DNA from: Aplysia californica
Lineage: Eukaryota
Length of the DNA stretch: 64,000 nucleotides
Reading direction: 5' to 3'
NCBI RefSeq assembly: GCF_000002075.1
Contig: NW_004797297.1
Span: 333,930-397,929 of the forward strand
A program made the position numbers and the translations under genes. The notes under the pieces were generated by a model. The model was given only the letters and a program-made list of their open reading frames with translations. It was not told where the DNA came from and searched no databases. The first letter of the stretch is position 1; each line of letters starts with the position of its first letter. Below, one piece after another: positions 25,101 to 37,100 of this stretch.

Positions 25101-28100
25101 TTTCTTCAATTTATAGGTATAAATTTCATTCATTTGCCTTTCTATATCAGTCATTGAAAGTTACATTTCAGCAGAGGTGGAATTACAGCTTTAAAAAACA
25201 ACAACATTTTATACAGATCCATCCCTCCCGAGAATGTCTCTTCCACAAGATAAAAGAGAACTTACTTGGATGCTGCAATGACAATGTTGGAACAACAGTC
25301 TGACTTGAACTCAGGGTCACAAGTCTCGAGGAAACTCAACAGCTCTTTCATCATGCCCCGCACGTTGTTGTGGTTGATCAGAGCAAAGGAGAGTTCTATG
25401 GCACGCCTACAATGCAACAATTAAAAACAAATTACCGAAAGTATCTTTATTCGGGATTATGTTTTCTTATTGCTATAACACTATAGCATGCAGGATCTGC
25501 TCCATCATAAACACATTGATATAGACCTGCCACAGTATGAAATCTCAAATTCAGGATCTCAGGTGGAAAAAAATCGGGATTAGGGGAACAAAAATCGGGA
25601 TCAACAGCAAATCACCACGGTGACTGCCACCCTGATTAAAAAAATTTCCAGGGGTTCCGTGCCCTCTGTGTGTGTGTGTGTGGTTTTAAATTTTTAAAAA
25701 AATAATCCTGAAGTATCATGTCAAAAACTCCAAGTCTAAGTGTTAACCTCCCCCAAACCAATAAGCCCCGAAAGACACTTCAACCAGTGTGCATGAACTT
25801 TACTTGACCCTGACAACAGACGGTCCCCGACACACGCGGAACTCACACGCCGAAGTCATGTCACGTGATGCGAACGCGCGATTGAAACAGTTTTACTGAC
25901 AGGCCCGACTAACTGCGTGTTCACACAAAACATTCGGATGAGCGACAGTCGTTTTAGGCTGACGACAACGGCTGAGTGTAGTCAGTCAGCCCAGTTAGTA
26001 GTGTAAGGGTTATGCGGTGTTCACACTTACAGGAGTAATGAAGCCAAATAAGACAAAACTCTTGTAAACATCAACGATGGCTTGACAGACTTCGGGGAGG
26101 AAATTACAGACAGTGTTGCAGGCCACCCTGAAGCCATACCTATTTCCTGTTGCCAGGTATCGAAGAGTAACAACCAGCTTGATGCCAGGTTCCAGTGCCT
26201 CCTTCTTTATATAATATAACATTGCACGTCGACTAACTTGGCGACGGGTCGGCGAGTTTGTCGGTGTGTGAAATTTTACTTGGCCGCTACGTTTCTTGGC
26301 TCTGCAAGAGGCCAGGATTCAAACTAATAGCTTGGCAAGATGATCACTGCCCTAAATTATTGCTCGACGAGCGTCTCCCTGAGTGTTCCCCGACACGATG
26401 TCAACAATTATGACCAGATGCTCGTCACGATTAAACCCAAATTTGGCATTATCTTATCGGGAAGTGCTCATCAACTCTTCTCCTGTATGTGTAAATACCG
26501 TATAAGAACGACTGTCGCTCGTCCGAGTGGTTGATATGAACGTGCGGTTACTTGACAACTGACGAGGCTTGTTTTGCAAGTAACAGCAGAACAACGGATA
26601 TTGTTGATTATTTGTTTGTCGTAATTTGTAACAGTTATCAGGCTATCATCTGAGAATTCTGAGTGCGGGCAAAGATCCAACACAACTTGGGGCGAGTCAA
26701 CTACTATATTCAGCATCGAGACTTAGGAAAATAAGGCTCCGAAATCCTACAGACAAAAAGTTCAATGAGTGATTCCCGCGACAGGGAAGAAGGCACAGTA
26801 AGTTTTTAGAAAAATCTGGCACAACAGCAGACTGGAACAAAAAATCGGGACATCCCGACTAAATCAGGATGAGCGGCAGGTCTGTTGATATGTTAATTGT
26901 TTTTCATACTACATTGTTGTTGTTTTTTGTTTTACCTCACACAGGAGTTATAACCAAGACCATGATTCACACAATACTGAATATACATTGACAACGTTAT
27001 ATAGAAACAGTTATATCTTGCTCAAATAAACTTGATTTCCATTATTTTCATCAAATGGATTTTTTTTTCTTTTTTGAGAAAATCTATGTAGTGAATCTGT
27101 TGTCATTGGTTAGCCAAACCCTGCATTTTCAGCACCAAATGATAAATAAAATGTAGAACTGTACAATCAAAGGTTTTATTCAGGGATGAAAAATCGTATG
27201 TCCATTTTGATATATAGTTAAATGTATTTTGTTAACACAGATGAGTTGCAGTGTCCTATTAAAAAATTATAACTCAAGATGTAAGGAAAAAACCCCCAAG
27301 AACTTTTGTGATCAAATGCATTATCACAGAAAGTTAACCCACTGGCTTCTATAATACCTAATACCGTATCCTGCTCACACTACCTTCGAATAGAAATGTC
27401 TGGATCTCTGAGACAATCCACTATGGTTGTCCTATGTCGCTGCACAGCATTGTAGTCAGCATTCACAACACGCAACAAAGTGTTCAAGGCAACATATCTG
27501 GGGAGGGATAAAGAGTATCAACTGATCACAAAATGCCAACACACTGTTAAAATTTCAAGGTGCTTCATTAGAAAAAAGAGGTACATCCACACAGTAAGGG
27601 TAATTTAGTGAAGGGAAAAAAAGTAAAAACAACAGAGAAAGAGTATGACCGACAAGTAGTGCCCATCAACCACTCACTATTTAATGCTTCTATTACCCAG
27701 CTTTATATCAGTTAAAGATAAGCTATTATCCACACAATAACAAGTCATTTAGTTCGCTGGAAAAAGCAGGGACAGTTAGAGGAAGCAGTAGGACAGTACA
27801 GAAGATGAGCTACAAGAGGTGCCCTCTAACCTTGCACTATTTTGCTGGGAAGAGTTAGAATAAAATGCTGAAGACAGTATAGCACTCCATGCAAAAAACT
27901 CAAAGCATTTTTAGAAAGATATTCTCTCTCAATGAATTCAAAGGGAGCAAAAACTGTTCATCTTTCATCAAAATAAGAAAAGAGAAAACAAGACATAAAC
28001 CTAATTTTAAAAAAAAATAATGATAGGGAACTATGCATATTCATTGATGGCGAGGGTGATAAATCTTTTTTTTCAGCAGCACAGTCTACCTGTAAACACT

Positions 28101-31100
28101 ATAACAATACGTCTACATATAAATACTCCTACCTCAAAAAAGCATTTCTCAAGAGGCTAAGCAAAGTTTAAAAGTGCTTGTGTGAAACAAAGAAGCATCC
28201 TTTATACTGATTTATAACTACCAACCTGATGTTCTTGTCATTGTTCAGAAGAAAGCGACCCAATATATTCACAGCAAGCACCTGCATAAGTGAAAAGAAT
28301 ATGAGTAAGTACAAAGAGACAAATATACCCTACTTAAAGATTAATCACAATCAGACTTGCCTACTTTAAAATTTGAAAATCAGTGACAAATGGTAAAATT
28401 ATGTAACATAGTCTACCCAACCTAGTACCTAGCACGTATAGAAGCTAAAAAAAATCAGTTTGAAATCACAATTGTCAATAATTACTGGCAACTTGTATTT
28501 TCACTTTTGTATTCCAAGATAAAATACCCTGTTTAAATATATCCAGATCTAGATTTCTACGTAAAAACGATTGAATCGCACAATGCTGTTTAACTTTGTT
28601 CACTTCATATTACTATCGCCGTTGCCATTGTGACTTGCGAAATCCTAATGCAATAACCTTTTGTTTTGTTTTCATTTTCAACATCACCCTTGACCTCTGG
28701 CCTTTGATAAGGGCCTAGTCACATAAAATATTTGACATTGTCATTAACGAAAAACGAACCACAGCCTATTGACCGCCTGACACAATCGCGACCCGCTGAA
28801 CTCCCCATAAACCCAGCGGCACGGTCGAAGGCAGCATGCGTGATGCTACGCGAGCCTATTAGGCCAGAGCTTTCCTGAAGAGAGCTAAAGTAGGTCATCG
28901 TTCGATTGCACTCATTAGCAGCATTTACACAATTAACTGGGTTCGAAGTTGTGCTCCCCAGCTACCCGACGTAAAAAAATGTTTTCGTTTTTTTTTTAAA
29001 GGAGGAAGTGTTCCGTAACATATTTCAGCTTTCCGTAACCGACATTATTTTTCCGTAATAGTAACATAACAGTAGGCGAGTCTACACAACTAATTCTACA
29101 AAACTACACTTGTAAATAGAAAGGCAATGAACTAATGTGTCCAAATGTAACTTAATTTAAAATACAAGAAACAATATAAAAATTTTGTATTGGATTCACA
29201 AACTTCACAGGGGGTACTCCAAGCAAAAGCATCACCTTCATCTCTTACAATTAGAAAATAAAATCAGTTCTTAAAACCAGCAGCTCTACAACATTCGGAT
29301 GGACTCAGCTATCATACAGAACACAAAAAGACTCACAAAAGGATATCCATCATCACGGTGTTGTTTTTCTTATAATTTTTCAAATCATGATTCAAATACA
29401 AACATAAGGCACTAAGCGGGCAACAGTCTTCATCTCTCACCCGCAATCCTGCCTCTGACTGGATACCCATGATTGTGAGCACAATTTCATACAAAATAGC
29501 ATGGCCGACATTCTTGCTGGTGTCTGTGTTGGTGGCCACCTGTTGAGAGAGATGTGTATGTTCATACATGTATAAGGCACTTAACACCCAAGAGGTTTGT
29601 CTATAACAAGATTAGTCCTTGAACAAATGAGACCCACAGCCTTGACTCCTTGGTTTAGCCTTTCTTGTGTCAATGGCTGATTCAATCAGATGAAATTTTT
29701 GTTCTGTGTCACGGCTGATTTAATCAGCTGTAATTTGAGTCGCTATTTGGGTTAGTTTATCCAGTCTTTTATATTCCTAAGCACTTCAACTCCTTCACAA
29801 ATGAACTCTACTTCCTATTTACATTGTACGATCTGAAAAGGTAAAGATTACAGCCTTTACTTGCTTGGTTTCCCCATCTCAAGGATTTTCCAAAAGAATA
29901 TGTTGAAATCATTTCATCGCATAATTTCTCCTGAAACAACAGTTTATTTGTTAGCAACACTTGGAAGGCATGGCTGAAAGGCTAAGAGCTGGATTGACAA
30001 AGAAACAAATACATAACATTTTATCTTGTCTGCAGTGAGCAACAGGATGACCAAATAGAAATACAAAGCAACTAGAAAATCTATACCCAGCAGCACAAAA
30101 ATTCCTTTTTACTCTTAAAAAACACTAAAGATTGTAAATTCTTTTTTTGCTATAATATGTATTTAGAAATAAATGGGACTGCTAATGCCCAGCATAAAGT
30201 TGTTTCTGAATTTCCTTATATAATCTAGGCAATATTCTCACACGTTAGTTACACAGAAAGCATAAATTAAGATTACTCGTAAGCCGAATGAACATGAGGA
30301 CAGACTGTGTGATACCTATATAACAGTACACTGTCCAGCACCATTTGGTTACTTATACTTATACATCTGGACAAGGAGGAAAGCAGACTGGAGTCTGTTA
30401 TGTGTAGGATTCAGTTCCATAATTTCTTCAAAGAGCAATTAAAAAACACAGTTTTAGTTAGTTTTAGTAGAGGTTTTACGGCGCTGGCCACTGCATAAGG
30501 TCATATGAGCGCCAAGGGGTGGATGTCAACAGAGAAGTCCTTACAGGGAATCAGACTTACTCTACTCACCTCTCTAGCTTCAAGAGCACAAAGTCTGCTT
30601 TGACTATCAAGGCACCCCGGAAATAGTGGGTCACAAGAGTGTGACAAACATACAAAAGAAGTAGAAGAAAAATGACAATAGTGAGGACTAGGAAAGAAAA
30701 AGCAGGAATTCCCTGTTGTAGATCAGGCATAGTTATGAGCGTGACATTGATGAATCAGCCTATTTACAATTCTACTGTGCATGAACAAAAAATGTCCCCC
30801 CTTTGGGAATGGCCTAAAGACACTTCAGTCAGTTGCACCGCCCCAGGGGATAAAAACACAGAGACATCAGCTTACTAAATATTTCTAATAATTGCACTAA
30901 GGAAAAAGTCTAGCATGCTCATCTGCGTTGTGAAAAAGTCACATACCTGGGCCAGGATATCGTTCATAGTTTCACTTGCTTCAGCATCATTTCTACCCAA
31001 AATTCTCAACAGTCTGAGAATTTTCACCTGAAGCAAAAAGCAATGTAGAAAGCATTAAAATTCATCTTAGAGTCATTGAAATTTAGGTAAGAAAAGTCAC

Positions 31101-34100
31101 AACCGACCTCAGTCAAAAGACAACCCAAGTGTCTGGTCTTATTACAATTAAAAAACAAACCCAGGGACATAAATACAGTACAAGAGTACTGTACCATACA
31201 TATCATGGGTCATATTTCGCATGTGCTTATTCAAGCTGAAAATGGGAAACCCGAGGAAGCTCTACAGACACATTATTTCCCAAATCAAATTCTAACTTGG
31301 CTAAAACTAAGCACAAATATGTACAACTGTTTAAATTTTCAAAATAGCATTGCGCTCTCGTGCTCCAAGTGTACAGTGTCTATGAGCGCATGGAAGAGGT
31401 TCCTAATTATTAGAATGCATGGACATATTATAAGGGGGAAAATATGTAATACAGTTAAAATTGCCCAAGAGTTGCAAAATGTCAAGGAGTAAAATGGTTG
31501 TCTTAGGCAGGTGGACATTTTTTACAGTGTCATTTGCAATGTGGAAAGAAAAAAACACAAAACACAAAACACAAGAAGGAAGAGAGATGTGGTAATAGGT
31601 TAATTGTCCCTTAGAGCAGGTTCCATTGTATAGCATTCCTGCTTTGCAGACTTTCTGGAGGTTCTGGACTATAAGCCCCCCTCCTTCTTTACTCCAAGCA
31701 CTTATCCAAATGCTCTTCCTTCAATATTGACCAGTTTGTATTTAAAGAAGAATTTAGCAACTCATCTCTTCCATCTTCGAGTTTAAAAATTGCTCTTTTG
31801 TCAGTCATCTGCAAAATGGGGTCATTGAAATATTAACTTGCTGTATAAATTTTAAACCAAAACAAAACTGTAAAGATCTATGCAATCACGCCCTTCCACA
31901 TGTTGGGTGTACCTGAAGGAAAGGGTCGCTGACACCAGACACATCATGCTCCGGGGAATAGCCAGCCATGATCAGATGCTTCAGGATCCTCACCAGCTGC
32001 GGTACCAACTGGAAAGCAACAAGAGACCAGGGCAAACTTTCAGATTACATTGCTGGCAGAAACTTGTGGCGGCAGGACAATGACAGGGAATGGACATCTG
32101 CTTTATGACCCTCAAAAGTCACAAGAGTCATTTCCTACAATTATTGACGCCTACCTATATTAGTTTTGTAAAGAATCTATTATCAATAAAGAGCAGCTTC
32201 CCATAGCAAAGTTTTAACTCTTTTAAACAACAAGAATTTTAAAAAATGATTACAAATAGCCTCAAAGGAATCTCTAAAAGTTACACTTACTAATTCTATA
32301 ACAAATTTCTTGAATTTTCAAACAATAGATCATTTGAAGTAATTATTGTACACTCTAATTTTCTATTTTTTCTTGTTAAAGATGCAGTGGGCATAAGAAA
32401 TAATTGAAAGTAAAATGTCTATCTATTAGTGCTTATGAAATGATATTTTAATCTAAAGAGCTCTTGAAGCTTTAAAAACAAATTCTCTGTAGCTGTTTCA
32501 CTGAATCAAAAGAAAAAGAAAAATTATAAGTAGATCGAAAAAAGCACACAAAATTATCACTCCCAACAGGTGCATTAGTAAACAAAATAATCAAATTCAA
32601 TTTTACGTAAGGTGCAAATACAATCCTTGATACCAAACCGTTATAATAAAAGGAAAATGGTTAGGTGAGAAATATTTTCTTAAAATAAATTCAGCGGCAA
32701 ATAAGGCAGTATAGATGTGGACATGTCACTATTTTTAAAAAACTCACCGTGTTCATGCATTTCATCAAAAACAGATTAATAGTATTCAGCATCTAACAGT
32801 CTTCTACCTACATCTTCCTTCTACTTTACACTTTCCATGTACAAATTTTACTCTAAGCATTATCCCCCCCCAAAAAAGAAAGAAAGAAAGAAAAGGAAAA
32901 ATTTGGCCACAACATCATATGGCAGAGAAAAAAATTAAAAAACAAAACCAGAAAAAAAAAAAAAGCATTTGTAAGCACATCAGGATCCTTACATTCTCTA
33001 CTTGCAGTCAGACCAGACTTTAAAGCGCATGCAACCACAATATTAGGTAACTCCATTAGGAGACTTCATGTTATTCAGTTTAGTGCCTAAACCCACAACA
33101 AATTTGTGATCTTCTGGCTGATAAAGTCAGGCTTTATTTAACACACAAAAAAGCTGCACACATCCTGTGATACAAGATAAAAAGACTACTCACTCAAACT
33201 ATTTCCGACTTCAATGAAACTGAATTTCAATTTTACTACATCTAATAGATAATAATTTTGTGTCTCTCAATTCATCTAGGAATGAAGTTATAGGTATTCC
33301 ACTAGCTAATTCAAGAAAAATTCATTTTTTTAAAAAGAAAGAAATAAAAGGAGAAAAGTCACTGTGTCCGAAGACAAAATAATGAGAAAAAAGAGAATGA
33401 AGTTGCACCTCTGAACCTCTTAGAATATGCTCAGTAATGTTTTAAAAAACGATGGGGAAAATTTTGACCAAATAAAAACACCAAAAAAAGTGTGGAAATC
33501 CAATGTATAAATTCCCTATAAATACACAGAACACTTGTAAAAGCACTTCTACATGATTAAAAAATAATTGGTAAAACTTACTTGTAAGCAGAATTTTATG
33601 GGGCAAAGCTAGCATCATTTCACACACATTTTTGATCAGAATGAGACAGTACTTTGGGTAGTATCCAATCAATTGCACAGAATACCGAATTCCACAAAAG
33701 TGGTGAACTGGCTGGAAAAATGGCTTACACTACAGGAACCACGGGAGATAACTAAAATCTTTTAAAAGATTGTCACAGCACTTTGCTAGATAAGCAGGCA
33801 CAGGTGAGGCAGGTTGCCTAACGGAAGCAAAGGGTCAGGACACAACTGGCCTTGTAAACACAATTTTTTTAAAGGTATGTACAGCTATGGATTTCACAGA
33901 AATACTATGAAAACAAGAAAGTGTACAGTGAAGTTGTCAGAAGAAACAATTTTGGGATTTAAAAAAAGAAGCACAAAGCTGACTACAAAATCAAAATTGA
34001 AAACAGGAGTTGTCAGATTTCTTTACGTTTGCCGTCTGTGCGCTGACCTTTCTGAAGTGATGCAATGTATCAGGGCTCTTCTCACTCATCTCTGTGATAA

Positions 34101-37100
34101 GGCACACAGCCGTCAGCAACACGCCTATATAGGGGAACAAAATATAGCAGGGCGCAGTGAATATCAAACAGCTGTTGTAAAATCGACAGTTGAAAACGGT
34201 TCCCTCACAGAAAGAATAATAGTAGTCTATGATGAATTTGCTAGGCACTTTGTCTTCAAAGCAAAGGATGCGGGCAAAATAAAATATATAGATATTTTAT
34301 CGAACATAACTGTCTTTCTGATGGGATGTACCCAACACAGCCAAGTTGAATCTAACAGGCAGAGTTAACCCAGTCCCCCTCTTAAATGAGCTAAATTGTA
34401 TCACTTTTTAAAAAAGGGAGTATTAGTGCAATATTTATTTCTTTTCAGTCATAATTTTGTTACTTTCTCTTAACCTTTCCACTTGTATTCTTATACTGAA
34501 ATGTAATTAAAAACATTAAAAAAAAAAAAAATGAACCAACCAGGCCAGAACTTTATCCAAGACGGAATCTCCCTGCTCCACCCTTGATAAATCCCTCAAT
34601 AATACATTTGTATTAAACCTTCACAACCTGTAAATGGACAAAGAAATTCTTCCCATCCGGAGGGTCTTAACCTGTCGTAAACGGAAAATCCCCTTATTTG
34701 AAACAAAACTCCAAACTAAGTTTAGTTTCATCATGTCCAACTTTTAAGCCACACCAATAGGCAAGGAAGGGAACCTTGAGCAGTGCAGATAGTCGGGGCG
34801 GTGTGAGTGCGAAATCTGAGGAGTGAAATTTCACCACTGCCTGTCACTCTGCTCATACCACCGTCCGGAGAAGAAAAGTTCCTCGAATCATTACATGCTC
34901 ATTTAGTCATGGTTTTCTTCCTTATAACAGCATGTTACAAATGATTAAAAGACTTGTGACTTACTTTATTTGGAACTGATTTCATGGGCTACAATTAGCA
35001 AGGCAAACAGCGAAGGTGTGGAATGGGTTGAATGTGCTTATCACATCGATGCGTCGGGGAAAGGACAGAAGCAATGAAGATGTTCAACCGTTTTGTTTTT
35101 AACAATTAGCATGGCAAACAGTGAAAGTGTGGAATGGGTTGATTGTGCCTATCACATCGATGGGCCGGGAAAAGGGCAGAAACAATGAAGATGTTCAACC
35201 ATTTCTGTTTTTAACTGACCAAACATTATTCTTAATACAGCGCAAGCACTGTTTGGAATAGATTAGAGTACAACTGACTCATATGGAGGGCCCTCTCCTG
35301 CCTCTACACCCCCTCAAGATGGTAAATATCTAAGACAGAATCCTTTTCTGGCTCCATTGCGATTCCGTCTTCGACCGGTTCGACTGCACATAATTGTAAA
35401 CCACTTTTCAAAAGTATTCCAATACATGCAAAGCAAAAATACTATTTTTGAGGAAGTAATGTCTTCATTTTTCATCACAACAAAGTGAAACATTCCAGCA
35501 GTTACAACAGTGAAAATCTTACCATGGTTTTTCTCATTGAGAAGAGATCTGGTTGCTGGTATGTACATCTCCATCAAGTCTGGGACTTTGCGAATGATGC
35601 CAAATGCACACAAGATGGCCTGGAAAACAACAAAGGATTAAAAGTGTTTTATCTTCTGATATGAATAAAATTATGGAGTTACTGAGAATCTGTCGATCTA
35701 TCCACCCTCCTAAAGTGACAAATCTAGTTGAGATTTAAAAATATGTAATACAAAATAAAAGTGTGACCACAACAGTCAATTACATTGCTCACAAGATTGT
35801 ATCCATCCCTTTGTTCCTGAACCCCCCAACCCATAAAAAATCTTAGAAAAGCAATGCTACTCGTCAGATTATAACACAGAAATGGAGTGCAAAAACAAGC
35901 TGGATGACGTCTAAATAACCCCCCCCAAAAAAAAAAACCCATTTAAAAAGCAAAAGAGCAGAGACTTCAAATCAACACCAAGAAAAACACACAAAAATAT
36001 GAGTAAAAGATTTTCCTTGAGATACCCGAGCACTAGAAGGAGTTGGGCAGTGAGTCAGAATCATACCTTAGTGCAAGGAATATATTCAAGAAATAGAAAC
36101 AGCAGACAACAACAACCTCCCCCCCCCCTCCAACATTAGGAACACAAGTACTTCAGTCAAAATCAAGTGTGAACCTTCTCACCTTCTTCTTGATGTAAGC
36201 GTTGGAGGACTTGATCATTTTCTCCACCTCACCCGCAAGATCACGGCTCATCTCAGTGGAGCAGATGGCACCCAGGGTGCACAGGGCCAGACTCTGAATG
36301 TATTGCGTCGTATGACCAAGGTCACTGTAAACAACATAGACAGGTAGGTCAGCATGCAGGACTGAGAAATTACAACCTGAATAATCAAAGCCAACGACCA
36401 GCAGGATCGCCAATTGCAACAATCTGATCATAGCTTTGACTGAATGTGAATAAAACCCTACATTATTTACAATTGCAACATAGAAAGCAAGTGGATGACA
36501 CTTATTGGAGTAAATTAGCATATGACTTTAAGGAAATGAGCAAAAAGATTATGACGATAGAAACAAAGAACAAAAATAAGCAGTTCCTTTACAGAATGAT
36601 GCAATGCATTTATTTAAGATCTTTAAACAAACTACTTGCTAGACATTAACAGAAAAACATACTGACCAGTCAAAATGTGGCAAATGATTTCTAACTATGA
36701 CAACTGTGCTGTCCATTTCATCATAATAATTTCCATGAACAGAATAATATATGGTTAACTTTCTATACATGACAAAATTATATCAACTTCAGACAATAGA
36801 ATAATCTGAAGGCACTGTTTTAAAGTGAAATGCAATGCCTCAATGTTTATCTCCAACATAGTTTTAGTAAGAGTTTTACGGCACTTGCAACACAATAAGG
36901 TCATATAAGCGCTGAAGATTAGAGGTGTTACAAGAGAGTAACAAACACAAAAAAGAAGGAGGGGAGATAAAGACAATAGATGTTTGATGTGAAAGAAGAA
37001 GCAAACCACACCAGAGCACCCGCCAACCACCCAATATCTCCGACATAGCATGTAAAAAAAACCTTCAAAAGTTTCATATGTAAAAACCAAAAACTAACAT

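Noticed and set aside
33188-33222. Another AG..GTGAGT mini-exon in intron 5
   Set aside because: 26 nt (frameshifting) with a weak acceptor context
33814-34368. 184-aa plus-strand ORF
   Set aside because: Antisense to AP1G1 exon 5 with no recognisable domain; likely chance
34790-34850. Hammerhead-like CTGAGGA followed by a stem-loop
   Set aside because: GAAA and stems I/III are not in the required arrangement
29270-36730. C/D-box snoRNA candidates in AP1G1 introns (RTGATGA at ~29357, ~34735, ~36727; TTGATGA at ~32768)
   Set aside because: No terminal stems or recognisable rRNA-complementary guides; no SNORD71-like 5.8S antisense seen. An Rfam scan would be decisive
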